Assembly: GCA_001872725.1 (NCBI GenBank)
Contig: MNWR01000015.1
Coordinates: 3,257 to 67,256 of the forward strand
Direction of reading: 5' to 3'
DNA: 64,000 nt
DNA from: Proteobacteria bacterium CG1_02_64_396
GTDB lineage: Bacteria > Pseudomonadota > MNWR01 > CG1-02-64-396
Part shown: positions 1-9,884 of the stretch, in pieces
Layout of the letters: each line of letters opens with the position of its first letter
Numbering within the stretch: position 1 is the first letter of the stretch
The notes under the pieces: model-generated
Databases searched by the model: none
What the model saw: only the letters and a program-made list of their open reading frames with translations
Told to the model about the DNA's origin: nothing
Made by a program: the position numbers and the translations under genes

Positions 1-754
1 GATCCCGCGCCTGGGCGGTGTGCTTCACATCGTCGAGCAGTACGGTCAGTCGGTCGGCGCCGCCGGGCAGGTCGTAGAGGGTCCGGGCCAGCTCGATGGG
101 CATGAACATCATCTTGTCGTTGGTCCCGGCGTTGCCGGTGTCGAAGATCCCCCCCACGCTGAAATCGAGGGCGTTGGCCTGCCCCCCCACCGTGTTGACC
201 AGCACCACCCCGATGTCGCCGCGTTTCAAATCGAGCAATCCGGCCAGATCGCGCCCCAGGGTCACCCCATCGGGCCTGGCCGCATCGAGCCCCTCGACCG
301 CCAGTTGCTCAGGAATCCCACTGTCCTCAAGCCCCAGGGAATCGCGCAGCGCCGCCGCCGGGGCCTGAATCCGCCAGCCGTCGTCGGGATCGATCCCCTC
401 GGCGATGAAGATGGTGCTCACCCGGCCGTTGGCGGCGATGCCGCTCAGGGCCAGCCGGGGGGTGACCAGGGTGACCTGGGGGTCTGCTTCGAGCAGTGCC
501 TCGATCTTGGCGATGTCGTCCTCGTGCAGCAGGTACCGCTCGGGATCGAACCGCCCCTCTTTGTCGAGCCCCCGCAGGCTGAGGGTCAGGTGGCCGAGCA
601 GCTCGCCATGGATCGACTGAGCCGCCAGCCCACCGAAGATGTTGTGGATGTAGCCGGCAAACAGGGTGACGGCGGCAAAGCCGACCGCGATGGCGCTCAG
701 GGTGGTCAGGCTGCGGCGGCGGTTGCGGGTCAGGCCGCGCAGGGCGAGTGGGAG
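1..754 (-). CDS. ABC transporter permease, FtsX/LolC/MacB-like. N-terminus at 754; C-terminus runs off the window edge.
   Basis: Minus-strand translation from the ATG at 754: MNMLPLALRGLTRNRRRSLTTLSAIAVGFAAVTLFAGYIHNIF, followed by a periplasmic domain. This is typical of FtsX-family permeases. It sits immediately downstream of the ATPase gene. The plus-strand ORF 20..1114 is an antisense artefact. Confidence 0.7.
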
Positions 755-759
755 CATGT

Positions 760-1458
760 TCATACGGCCCCCCTTTCGTCGGTCTCGATCAACCCATCGC
801 GCAGGTGCACTTTGCGGTCGACGTGCTCCAGCAACCGGGGATCGTGGGTGGTGAAAAGAAAGGTCACCCCGAGGCGGCGGTTCAGGTCGTGCATCAGCTC
901 GACCACCATGGCGCTGTTGCCCGAATCGAGGTTGGCGGTCGGCTCGTCGGCGATCACCAGCTTGGGACCAACCACCAGGGCGCGGGCGATGGCAACCCGC
1001 TGCCGCTGTCCGCCGCTGAGTTTGTCGGGTCGGGCCGGGGCATGGTCGGCCAAACCCACATCGCCGAGCGCTCCCTGCGCCCGCTGCCGAGCCGCAACCT
1101 TGTCGACCCCCTGAATCTGCAAGGGGAGCATGACGTTCTCCAGCGCCGAGAGGACCGGCACCAGGTTGAAGCTCTGGAAGACAAAGCCGATGTGCTGCCC
1201 CCGAAAGGTGGTGATGGCGTCGTCGCTTAAGGTGTGCACGTCGTGGCCGTCGATCTCGACCTTGCCCGAAGTGGGGGCGTCGATCAGGCCGACCATGTTC
1301 ATCAGGGTCGATTTGCCGCTGCCCGAGGGGCCCCAGACCGCCAGGAATTCCCCGGCGTGAATCGTTAAATCGACCCCGCGCAGCGCTTGCACCGGGGTTT
1401 GTCCCAACATGAAGGTGCGGTGGAGGTTTTTGAGTCGTACCAGGGGCTGATGGCTCAC
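760..1458 (-). CDS. ABC transporter ATP-binding protein, LolD/MacB-like.
   Basis: Walker A GPSGSGKST, ABC signature LSGGQRQRVAIARAL, Walker B LVIADEPT. GTG start at 1458 is preceded by AGGAGG. The listed ORF extends further upstream, but that extension is not supported. Confidence 0.85.
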   Translation of the reverse strand: MSHQPLVRLKNLHRTFMLGQTPVQALRGVDLTIHAGEFLAVWGPSGSGKSTLMNMVGLIDAPTSGKVEIDGHDVHTLSDDAITTFRGQHIGFVFQSFNLVPVLSALENVMLPLQIQGVDKVAARQRAQGALGDVGLADHAPARPDKLSGGQRQRVAIARALVVGPKLVIADEPTANLDSGNSAMVVELMHDLNRRLGVTFLFTTHDPRLLEHVDRKVHLRDGLIETDERGAV

Positions 1459-1471
1459 GGACCGCCTCCTT

Positions 1472-1900
1472 TCAACGCAAATGGATGGTCTGAATTGCCC
1501 CCTGGGGGGGCAGATCGAAAACGGCGGCCTCAAAATCGGGGGGGCCAAAGCGGCCCCGAGCATCGCGACTGAAGCCGTAGGGTTCGGTGGGGATGCCGAG
1601 CAGGCCGGTGTCGAGGGTTTGGTTGCCGTTGATGTCGGCAAAACTGGAGACCGCATAACGACCCGGCGTCAGATTTTGCAGAGTAACGGTCGCTGCGTTG
1701 CCTTCAGCCGGAATGAGGCGCTTGGCCACGGCCCGCTCAACGTTCATGAAGGTGTCGGGGGTGGCGTAGAGCGCCAGCAGGATGCGGCTCCCCTTGAGCC
1801 CTTTGCCTTGAAAGTCGAGGGTGAGGTCGGCGGCATGGGTCGCCGGGGGGGCGAACAGCAAGGGGGTCGATAGGGCGGCGATCAGCAGCGGTCGGTTCAC
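1472..1900 (-). CDS. Secreted DUF2141-family protein.
   Basis: Signal peptide MNRPLLIAALSTPLLFAPPATHA. ~140-aa size and sequence features match the DUF2141 family. Probably the first gene of an operon with the downstream ABC transporter. Confidence 0.65.
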   Translation of the reverse strand: MNRPLLIAALSTPLLFAPPATHAADLTLDFQGKGLKGSRILLALYATPDTFMNVERAVAKRLIPAEGNAATVTLQNLTPGRYAVSSFADINGNQTLDTGLLGIPTEPYGFSRDARGRFGPPDFEAAVFDLPPQGAIQTIHLR

Positions 1901-2040
1901 GGCAATTCCCTCCGAGGTTGGACGATGGAGGGAATCTAAAGGCGGGGGCGGAGAGGAGACGAGACGTGTGCGATGGGTGGGAGATAGGGCCGACGAACTG
2001 CCGATCTAGGTCTTATCGGACGTATGAGACCTATAAGGCC

Positions 2041-2200
2041 TAGGGAAGCGCTGATTGAATAGCGCTTCCGAGCGGTCCACGGATGGGCCGCCAAAATCAG
2101 GAACGTCAGTAGGAGGCGACCTAAGTCGCCGAAGCTCTGCTTTTGGTTTTTGCGCAGCGTGCCGCTTCAAGGCAGGAGGCCTTCAATCAGCGTTTCCCTA
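2041..2200. repeat. MITE-like interspersed repeat, copy A. Terminal inverted repeats TAGGGAAGCGCTGATTGAA ... TTCAATCAGCGTTTCCCTA.
   Basis: Internal core GGATGGGCCGCCAAAATCAGGAACGTCAG is shared with the copies at 5676, 41160, 41951 and 54841. Intergenic position. Confidence 0.7.
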
Positions 2201-2214
2201 GATTCAACCGGCCA

Positions 2215-3153
2215 TCAAATACCCGTCCCCTGCCCCAACAGATGCAACACCGCCATCCGCACCGCCACCCCGTTTTTCACCTGTTCGAGCACCAGCGATT
2301 CTGGGCCGTCGGCGGCGTCGGAGGCCAGCTCCACCCCGCGGTTGATCGGGCCGGGGTGCATCACCAGGGCGCCGGGGGCCATGCGGTGCAGGCGGTCGCG
2401 GTTGATCCCGTACATGTTGAAATACTCGTTGATCGAGGGGATGAAACTGCCTTGCATCCGCTCGCGTTGCAGCCGTAGCACCATCACCACGTCGGCCCCG
2501 GCAATCCCCCGTTCCAGGTCGTAATGGACCTCGCACCCGTAGTTCTGTACGTCGCGGGGCAGCAGGGTGGGGGGGGCGACGACGCGGGTGTGGGCCCCCA
2601 GGGTTTTGAGGGCGATCAAATTGGAGCGGGCGACCCGGGAGTGGGTGACGTCGCCGACGATGGCAATCGTTTTGTCTGCCCAATCGCCGATGTGGTCGTG
2701 CATGGTCAGCAGGTCGAGCAGCGCCTGGGTCGGGTGCTCGTGCCGTCCGTCGCCCGCGTTGACGATGCTGCATTCCAGATGGCGGGTGAGGAATTCGCAG
2801 GCCCCCCCCTGAGCATGCCGCACCACCACCACGTCGGGGACCATCGCCTGCAGGTTGGCCGCCGTGTCGAGCAGGGTTTCACCCTTGGTGGTCGATGAGC
2901 CGGAGGCCGAGATGTTGATGACGTCGGCCGAAAGTCGCTTGCCGGCGATCTCAAAGCTGGAACGGGTCCGGGTCGAGTTTTCGAAAAACAGGTTGATGAC
3001 GGTGCGACCGCGCAGCGAGGGGCTTTTTTTGATGTCGCGCTCGTTGAGCTCCCGGAAGGAGCGGGCCACCGCGAGGATTGCCTCGATCTCGTCGCGGCTT
3101 AAGCCCTCCATGGTGATGAGATGGCGCTGATGGAAGGCGAGCGACTCAGCCAT
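2215..3153 (-). CDS. pyrB: Aspartate carbamoyltransferase catalytic subunit.
   Basis: 312 aa with STRTR and HPxQ-type ATCase motifs (ENSTRTRSSFE, HPTQALLD). Confidence 0.9.
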   Translation of the reverse strand: MAESLAFHQRHLITMEGLSRDEIEAILAVARSFRELNERDIKKSPSLRGRTVINLFFENSTRTRSSFEIAGKRLSADVINISASGSSTTKGETLLDTAANLQAMVPDVVVVRHAQGGACEFLTRHLECSIVNAGDGRHEHPTQALLDLLTMHDHIGDWADKTIAIVGDVTHSRVARSNLIALKTLGAHTRVVAPPTLLPRDVQNYGCEVHYDLERGIAGADVVMVLRLQRERMQGSFIPSINEYFNMYGINRDRLHRMAPGALVMHPGPINRGVELASDAADGPESLVLEQVKNGVAVRMAVLHLLGQGTGI

Positions 3154-3668
3154 GGAGAACCTCCTTGCGGGTCACGATCATCTGCCCGTCGTCGCGGGCG
3201 ACCAGCTTGACCAGCCAATGGGTGGGAATGTCGAGGGGGTAGGCGGTGAGGTCAGGTTGGATCGGCAGCTCCCGTTCCCCCCGGTCGATCAACACCGCCA
3301 GGATGATGCGGGCAGGGCGACCGAATTCGAACAGCGCCTCCATCGCCGAACGGATCGTCCGTCCGCTGCGAATCACCTCGTCGACTAGAATCACGGTGCG
3401 GTCGTTGATGTCGGGCAGGATCGTCTCGTGCACCAACGGGTGGTGGCCGATGCGTGAAAGGTCGTCGCGGTAGAAGGTAATGTCGATCATCCCGACTTCG
3501 TCGATGCCGGTTTTGGCCGCCAGCGCCTCGGCGAGCAGGTCGCCCCCAGAGGGGATGCCAACCATGACCGCCCCTGCGGCCATGCGCCGGTCGAGGATCG
3601 CCTCGGCCAGACGGTCGATCCCCTCGGCAACCTCTTCGGCACTCAGAAGGATTTGGGTGGTTTGCATG
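3146..3668 (-). CDS. pyrR: Bifunctional pyrimidine operon regulator / uracil phosphoribosyltransferase PyrR.
   Basis: 173-aa PRTase fold (VILVDEVIRSGRTIRSA). Overlaps the pyrB start by 8 nt. The 554-aa ORF 3146..4810 is a read-through artefact. Confidence 0.9.
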
Positions 3669-3832
3669 AAAAATCCAGGGCAGGAAACGTCCTCGTTTGG
3701 ACAGAAACGAGGCGCTTTGGAAGGATTACCGGATAGAACGTATGGTGTTGTCGTATCATCGCCGCAACGAAATCGAAGCGCTTTCTTACGCTGCTTGTCG
3801 CAGCTTTCAAATTCTGCCGGAGGGCATCTGTA

Positions 3833-5179
3833 ATGGGAATCTTCAAAGCGTACGACATCCGGGGGATCGTCCCTAGCCAGCTCGACACCGATACCGCCCA
3901 GCGGATCGGCATCGCGCTGGGGGAGCTGCTCGGCCAGGGACCGGTGGTGGTCACCCGCGACATGCGCGATTCCAGCCCCGGTATGTCGCAGGCGCTGATT
4001 GCCGGAATCACCCAGGCCGGGGTCGATGTGATCGACTGCGGCATGGGGGCGACCCCGATGAATTACTTCGCCAATGTGCATTTGAAGGGTGAGGCCTCGG
4101 TTTCGATCACCGCCTCCCACAACCCCGGTCAGTACAACGGCTTCAAGATTTCGCTGCGCGACGCCAAACCGATGAGCTACGAGACCGGCATCGACAAGAT
4201 CGAGGCGAGGGTTGCCGAACTGGCCGCTGGGGCCGCCCCCCGTGCGGTGGAGCGCCCCGGCACCGTCACGCAAGCCGACGTCTTCACCCCCTTCCTCGAC
4301 CACAACTTGGCGGTTCTCTCGGAAGCGACCCCCCCCTTTAAGATGGCCATCGACGGCGGCAACGGCATCGCGGGGCATTTTCTGCCCGCTTTGTTCGAGC
4401 GGCTGCCCCAGTTCGACCCCATCGCGATGTACTGGGAGCCCGACGGCAACTTCCCCAACCACGAGGCCAATCCCCTTGACCTTGAAACCCTGCGCGACTT
4501 GCAGGCCAAGGTAAAAGAGGTGGGGTGCGACTTCGGCATCGCCTTCGACGGCGACGCCGACCGCTGCGCCTTCGTCGACGAGCACGGGCAGATCATCCCC
4601 TCCGATCTGCTCACCGCCTTGATCGCCGAGGAGGTGCTGCGCCGCCATCCCGGCGCCACCATCCTCTACGATCTGCGCTCTTCTCGGGTGGTCCCCGAGG
4701 TGGTCGAGGCGGCGGGGGGCAAGGCGATCCGCTGCCGGGTCGGCCACGCCTACATCAAGGCGCAGATGCGGCAGGATGGGGCGACCTTCGCGGGCGAGCT
4801 TTCGGGCCACTACTACTTCGCCGACAACTTCACCACCGACTCGGGCCTCTATGCCATGCTCTACGTCTTGAGTCTGTTGGGGCGCAGCGACGCGCCGATC
4901 TCGGCCCGGATTGCCCCGCTACGCAAATACGCCCAGAGCGGCGAGATCAACTTCCGGGTCGGCGACCCCGACGCGGTGCTGGCCAACCTCGAAAAGCGCT
5001 ACGCCGAGGCCAAGACCGACCACCTCGATGGATTAACCCTGACTTTTGAGTGGGGATGGGCCAACATCCGTAAGTCCAACACCGAGCCGCTGCTGCGGCT
5101 GAACGTCGAAACCTTCGACAAGGGGCTGATCGATGAGAAGTTGGCCGAGATTCGCGGCGCCATCGAGGCGGGGGGGTGA
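3833..5179 (+). CDS. Phosphomannomutase/phosphoglucomutase, AlgC/ManB family.
   Basis: Active-site motif TASHNPGQYNGFK and Mg-binding FDGDADR. Confidence 0.85.
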   Translation: MGIFKAYDIRGIVPSQLDTDTAQRIGIALGELLGQGPVVVTRDMRDSSPGMSQALIAGITQAGVDVIDCGMGATPMNYFANVHLKGEASVSITASHNPGQYNGFKISLRDAKPMSYETGIDKIEARVAELAAGAAPRAVERPGTVTQADVFTPFLDHNLAVLSEATPPFKMAIDGGNGIAGHFLPALFERLPQFDPIAMYWEPDGNFPNHEANPLDLETLRDLQAKVKEVGCDFGIAFDGDADRCAFVDEHGQIIPSDLLTALIAEEVLRRHPGATILYDLRSSRVVPEVVEAAGGKAIRCRVGHAYIKAQMRQDGATFAGELSGHYYFADNFTTDSGLYAMLYVLSLLGRSDAPISARIAPLRKYAQSGEINFRVGDPDAVLANLEKRYAEAKTDHLDGLTLTFEWGWANIRKSNTEPLLRLNVETFDKGLIDEKLAEIRGAIEAGG

Positions 5180-5678
5180 GCCTCGATGGGTAAAACGACG
5201 GCGTTGGCTCCAATGGGGGGCGGCATTGCTGCCCCTGCTGCTGACGGGCTGCGGCTACACGATGATCGGTTCGGGAGGCCCCGATCTGACCGGGATCTCA
5301 AGGGTGGTGGTCGAGGTGCAGGGGGAGGGAGACCTGCGCGGTGCCCTGGCCCGTCACCTGCAAACCCAGGGGGTCGAGGTGGTCGACCGCAACGGCGACA
5401 TCCCCCGGCTGTGGATCGAGGTCGAGAAACCCTGGATCGTCGCCCTGTCGCGGGACCTGCGCGGGGTGGTGACCGAGGGGGAGGTGGTGGTGGCGGCCAA
5501 GGGGGTGTGGTATCCCAAGCCCGACGTGCGCCAGCCCATCGCACGGGTCGAAGTGCGGCTGCCGGTTGCGATGACCGGCGATCCCACCGTCGACGACGCC
5601 CGAGTTCGGCAGGGGCAACGTCAGGCGGCTCAGGCGTTGGCCGATGAGGTATGGTCGGCCTGGGGCAGCAGGTTCTAG
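5133..5678 (+). CDS. Lipoprotein, LptE-like (LPS-assembly lipoprotein). Start is uncertain.
   Basis: Lipobox LLLTGC. Size and position are typical of lptE-like genes. Its stop codon TAG coincides with the first bases of MITE copy B. Confidence 0.45.
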   Translation: MRSWPRFAAPSRRGGEPRWVKRRRWLQWGAALLPLLLTGCGYTMIGSGGPDLTGISRVVVEVQGEGDLRGALARHLQTQGVEVVDRNGDIPRLWIEVEKPWIVALSRDLRGVVTEGEVVVAAKGVWYPKPDVRQPIARVEVRLPVAMTGDPTVDDARVRQGQRQAAQALADEVWSAWGSRF

Positions 5679-5833
5679 GGAAGCGCTGATTCAAGCGGCG
5701 CTTCCGAGCAGCCCGGGATGGGCCGCCAAAATCAGGAACGTCAGCGACTGATTTTGCAAGCGAAGCAAAAACCACGTTTTTTGCGAAACGCCACTTGAAA
5801 AAAGGCCCGGAGCCTTTTTTCAGTGTTTCCCTA
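5676..5833. repeat. MITE-like repeat, copy B. Its right terminal inverted repeat has diverged.
   Basis: Begins TAGGGAAGCGCTGATTCAAG and ends ...CAGTGTTTCCCTA. Shares the GGATGGGCCGCCAAAATCAGGAACGTCAG core. Confidence 0.65.
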
Positions 5834-5884
5834 GATATGCCCTTAGCCCTGACAGACATTCAACCGTTGTAAGGAGCTCCCATC

Positions 5885-6946
5885 GTGGAATTTCTCCGCT
5901 TGCCCAAAGCCCGGCTTGCGGGTTGGTTGGAGGCGGTTGAGCGGCAGGTTCCGGTCATCATTCCGGTACGTGTGCCCGCTCCCGCCGGAGCCTTGCCCGA
6001 GGCCCGTCCCCTCTACCGATTTGCCCCCATGAGCGAAACCGGGGTCGGGGCACTGGCACTGGAATACCTGCGCACTCAACTGCCCCCCAAACAGTATTTC
6101 TTCCCCCCAAAAGAGCCGCTCTACCGGTTCGACCGCGAAGGGCAATTCGAGCCCATCGCCCCCCCGAAACAGCCCCAGGTGATCTTTGGTCTGCACCCCT
6201 GCGACCTGCACGGTCTGGCGGTGACCGACGCCTTTTTCACCCGCTCCTACCCCGACCGCACCTACCACGCCCGCCGCAGTGAGGCGCTCTTGATCGGCCT
6301 GGGCTGCTTGCCCGACGAACGGTGCTTTTGCCGCAGTCAGGGGACCGATCAGATCGACGACGGTTACGACCTGTTTTTGTGGGATCTGGGCGACCGCTTC
6401 TTCGTGCGCATCCGCACCGAGCAGGGACACGACCTGATCCACCTGGCGCGGGAGCTCTTCGAGCCGATCGACGAGGCCGACAAAACCGACTATCTGGCGC
6501 TGCTCGAACGGCGGTTGGGGATGTTCACCCTGGAGGTCGACACCAAAACCCTGCCCCAGGTGCTTGACATGGCCTGCGACACCCCCGCCTGGGAGGCGCT
6601 CGGCGCCGCCTGTTTCGCCTGCGCCGCTTGCACCTTCGTCTGCCCCACCTGCACCTGTTACCGCTTCACTGAGCAGCTCAATCTCGACGATTCGGGGGAG
6701 CGTTGCCGGGAGTGGGACTCCTGCCTGCTGCGCGATTTCGACCGGGTGGCGGGGGATCACCACCTGCGTCCCGAGCGGGCCGATCGGGTGAAAAACCGCT
6801 ACTACCACAAGGAGCACGGCTACGTGCAGGAATTCGGCATGCCCTCGTGTGTGGGCTGCGGTCGCTGCATCGACGCCTGCATGGCGGGGATCAACATCGT
6901 CGACGTCTTTGCCAAGGTGCGGTCCAGTTGCGGAGTGAACCCATGA
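5885..6946 (+). CDS. Fe-S oxidoreductase subunit, sulfhydrogenase beta / AsrA-like (HydB-like).
   Basis: Cys clusters CFACAACTFVCPTCTCY and CVGCGRCIDAC. GTG start with an AAGGAG RBS 8 nt upstream. Confidence 0.7.
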   Translation: MEFLRLPKARLAGWLEAVERQVPVIIPVRVPAPAGALPEARPLYRFAPMSETGVGALALEYLRTQLPPKQYFFPPKEPLYRFDREGQFEPIAPPKQPQVIFGLHPCDLHGLAVTDAFFTRSYPDRTYHARRSEALLIGLGCLPDERCFCRSQGTDQIDDGYDLFLWDLGDRFFVRIRTEQGHDLIHLARELFEPIDEADKTDYLALLERRLGMFTLEVDTKTLPQVLDMACDTPAWEALGAACFACAACTFVCPTCTCYRFTEQLNLDDSGERCREWDSCLLRDFDRVAGDHHLRPERADRVKNRYYHKEHGYVQEFGMPSCVGCGRCIDACMAGINIVDVFAKVRSSCGVNP

Positions 6947-7842
6947 TCCGCTTTGGCTCCGAAATGCCCGCTTCCCCCAAGGTCCAGGCGCCCGATCCTC
7001 TGTTTCCCTATCCGGCTCGTTTGGTCGAGCGGATCGACATGGGGCCCGATCAGGCGATGTTCACCTTCGCCCCCGAAGAGCCGGGTTTCCCTTGCCCCGA
7101 TGGGCGCAACCACGAGCCGGGGCAGTTCTTGATGCTCTCGGTTCCCCCTGCCGGTGAGGCCCCGTTCACCATCTGCGCCGCTCCCCGTCGTGGTGCGCCG
7201 GGGGTGCAAACCACCATCCGCCGGGTTGGACGGGTCACCCGCCGTCTGTTCGAGCTTCCGGTCGGGGCGCGGGTCGGGCTGCGCGGCCCTTTTGGTCGCC
7301 CCTATCCGGTGGCCAAGATGGCGGGACTCGATCTGGTCTTCGTCGCCGGGGGGTTGGGAATTGCCCCGCTGCGCGGGTTGATCGAACACACTTTGGGCGA
7401 TCCCGCATCATACGGGCGGCAACACCTGATCTACGGCATGCGCGAGGGGGGGCAACTGCTCTATGGGGATCAATGGCGGGCGGCGCGGGATGCCGAAACC
7501 TTGAGTCTCGACCTGCGCGCCGATGAAAACCTGCCGGGCGATTTCAATTCTGGGGGGGTACTTGACGCCATCGAGGCGTGGGACTGGCAGCCCGAGCGCA
7601 CCGCTGTGGCGGTCTGCGGCCCTCCGGTGATGTACCCCCCGGTGCTGCAACGCCTGCAAGCGCTCAAAGTGTGGCCGCAGCGGATCTTCGTCACCCTGGA
7701 GCGCCGCATGGTGTGTGGCATCGGCCAGTGCGGCCACTGCGCCATCGGCTATCGCTACACCTGCACCGACGGGCCGGTCTTCTCGGCCTGGGAGGCGCGG
7801 GGCTTGCGCGAAGCCTGGGAAGAGCCCAAGGAGCGGCCATGA
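6942..7842 (+). CDS. FAD/NAD(P)-binding oxidoreductase subunit with a C-terminal 2Fe-2S cluster (sulfhydrogenase gamma / AsrB / PyrK-like).
   Basis: The ATGA start overlaps the upstream stop. C-terminal motif CGIGQCGHCAIGYRYTCTDGPVF is PyrK-type. Confidence 0.75.
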
Positions 7843-9149
7843 GTGGCTCCCTCGCCCTGGCCTCCCTGCTCGGCCATCCCCCGGGTCCCCCCCCCCGGAT
7901 TTTGCTCCTGGAGTCGAGCCACGCCCTGGCGGGATTGGTTCGCGGTCGCATCGAACAGGAGCTCGGGTTCGAGGTGGTGCAGGCCTTCACCCTGGACGAG
8001 GCGGCCGAGGCGGTGGGCTTGAGCGAAACCCCCTTCTTCGTCGCCCTGGCCTCTTTGGCGTTGCCCGACGGTGAAGGGGTCGAGGTGATCGAGGCGCTCA
8101 ATGCCCTCGATGTGCCGGTCATCGCCTTTACAGGGGTGGACGACGAAAAAACCCGTAAGGCGATTCTGGGGGCCGAGGCACTCGATTACGTCCTCAAAAG
8201 CGGCGAGGCGAGCCTGACCTACCTGGTCTGGTTGCTGGGGCGACTGTCGCGCAACCGCTTCATCAAGGTGCTGGTGGTCGACGACGCCCCCTTCATGCGC
8301 GAGATCATCGGCGAGCTGCTCATCAACCACTGTTACCAAGTGGTCGAGGCGGGCAATGGTCTGGAGGCGCTGGAACAACTGGCAGCCCACCCTGATATCA
8401 AGCTGGTGGTGACCGACTACCTGATGCCCAGCATGGATGGTATCGAGTTGCTGGCCCGCATTCGCGAGCGCCACCCTCGTGAGGAGCTGGCGGTCATCGG
8501 TATTTCGGGGGACGAGAGTCGGCACCTTAATACCGACTTTCTCAAGTTGGGGGCCAGCGACTACATCCCCAAGCCGTTCCGCAACGAGGAGTTCTATTGC
8601 CGGGTCTCCCAGGTGGTCGAAACCATCGAGTATGTGGCGGCCATTAAAGAGGCGGCCAATCGCGACTACCTGACCAATCTTTCGAACCGGCGCCATTTTT
8701 TCGCCCGCGCCAGTGAAGTGCTCGCAAGCGGGATCACCCCCATCGCCGCCGCCCTGCTCGATCTCGACCATTTTAAGGCGATCAACGACCTATACGGCCA
8801 CGAGGCGGGCGACGTGGTGCTCAAGGTTTTCGCCGATCTGCTGCGCCCCCTTGAGGAGGAGGGGGCGGTGGTGGCGCGTCTGGGGGGGGAGGAATTCGGA
8901 CTGCTACTGCCCGGTTGGGAGCGAGACCGTGTCAGGCAGCGGCTGGAACAACTGCGGGAGGAGACCGCCCGTCAGGTGCGGATCCTGGGGGGTAAGGCGG
9001 TGCGGTTTACGACCTCGATCGGCATCGCCTTTGGCGTCGAAGAGGGGCTCGACGATCTACTGCGCCGGGCCGATCAACAGCTTTTTCGGGCCAAAGAGAC
9101 GGGGCGCAATCGGGTGGCGTTGGAGCTACAGATCGGAAAAGAGGCCTAG
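7839..9149 (+). CDS. PleD-like response regulator diguanylate cyclase (pseudo-REC, REC, GGDEF).
   Basis: The ATGA start overlaps the upstream stop. The first receiver lacks the phospho-Asp (LASLALP). The second has TDYLMPSMDG. GGEEF motif RLGGEEFGLL is present. Confidence 0.8.
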   Translation: MSGSLALASLLGHPPGPPPRILLLESSHALAGLVRGRIEQELGFEVVQAFTLDEAAEAVGLSETPFFVALASLALPDGEGVEVIEALNALDVPVIAFTGVDDEKTRKAILGAEALDYVLKSGEASLTYLVWLLGRLSRNRFIKVLVVDDAPFMREIIGELLINHCYQVVEAGNGLEALEQLAAHPDIKLVVTDYLMPSMDGIELLARIRERHPREELAVIGISGDESRHLNTDFLKLGASDYIPKPFRNEEFYCRVSQVVETIEYVAAIKEAANRDYLTNLSNRRHFFARASEVLASGITPIAAALLDLDHFKAINDLYGHEAGDVVLKVFADLLRPLEEEGAVVARLGGEEFGLLLPGWERDRVRQRLEQLREETARQVRILGGKAVRFTTSIGIAFGVEEGLDDLLRRADQQLFRAKETGRNRVALELQIGKEA

Positions 9150-9311
9150 GAGCCTGTCGGGCTTGAGCGTACGTAGCGAGCCGAGTGGGGAATCGAGGCC
9201 AAATTTTCACGGTTTTGAGGATCATAGTGGTGGCTATGTGACGAAAAACCGGGGGAATTTGGACCGATTACCCGCCGGCGCAGTAGGACGATCTCAAGTC
9301 CGACAGACTCC
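9143..9311. repeat. Small element bounded by 22-bp imperfect inverted repeats (CTAGGAGCCTGTCGGGCTTGAG ... CTCAAGTCCGACAGACTCCTAG).
   Basis: The inverted repeats were found by eye. The element sits in the gap between two convergent genes. It is unrelated to the main MITE family. Confidence 0.5.
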
Positions 9312-9317
9312 TAGCCG

Positions 9318-9884
9318 TCAGCGAATGGGGCCGATCAGGCGAACCAAGCCCCGACCCTCTGCCCGTTCGATCCACTCAGGGTTCCGCCCCGCCGCTTCCC
9401 GTTCCGCCATCTCCTCGTTCAACCGTCCTCCTTTGGCCTTCAACGCAATCAACACCCCCCCAGGTTGCAACAGCGGTTGGGCCCAGGCATCGAGTTGGGC
9501 CAGGGTGTCGACCGCCTGGGCGGTGACGGCGGCGGCGCTGCCAAGCAATTCGACGGGGGGATGATTCAGGTTGGCGCGCAGCGCCCGCACGTGGGTCAAC
9601 CCCAACTGACGGATGACGTGTTTGAGAAAGGCGACCTTTTTGGCGTTGAGATCGAGCAGGGTGACTTGCCCTTCGCGGTGTAGCGCCCAGATCAAAGCAG
9701 GTAACCCCTGCCCCGAACCCATGTCGATCAATATCCCAGGGGGGAGATGGGGCAGTACCTCATGGGCTTGATGGATCTTCTCTTGAACCTCCCGCAGCCC
9801 CCAACGTTTGCTGACCAGCGCCAGCTTTTGGTTCCAGCGCAGCAGCTCCTCGGCAAACCAGGCCTCTTGTTCGGTGGGCGTCAT
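9318..9884 (-). CDS. rsmG: 16S rRNA (guanine527-N7)-methyltransferase.
   Basis: SAM motif DMGSGQGLP. Located downstream of mnmG, the classic gidA-gidB arrangement. Confidence 0.9.
   Translation of the reverse strand: MTPTEQEAWFAEELLRWNQKLALVSKRWGLREVQEKIHQAHEVLPHLPPGILIDMGSGQGLPALIWALHREGQVTLLDLNAKKVAFLKHVIRQLGLTHVRALRANLNHPPVELLGSAAAVTAQAVDTLAQLDAWAQPLLQPGGVLIALKAKGGRLNEEMAEREAAGRNPEWIERAEGRGLVRLIGPIR

Noticed and set aside
20-1114. 364-aa plus-strand ORF at the window start.
   Set aside because: It lies antisense to a clearly recognisable FtsX-like permease and to the ABC ATPase. Its low-complexity Gly/Pro/Ala-rich translation is typical of high-GC antisense frames.
3146-4810. 554-aa minus-strand ORF.
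   Set aside because: Only the first 173 codons (PyrR) are real. The rest is a stop-free antisense read-through of the phosphomannomutase gene.
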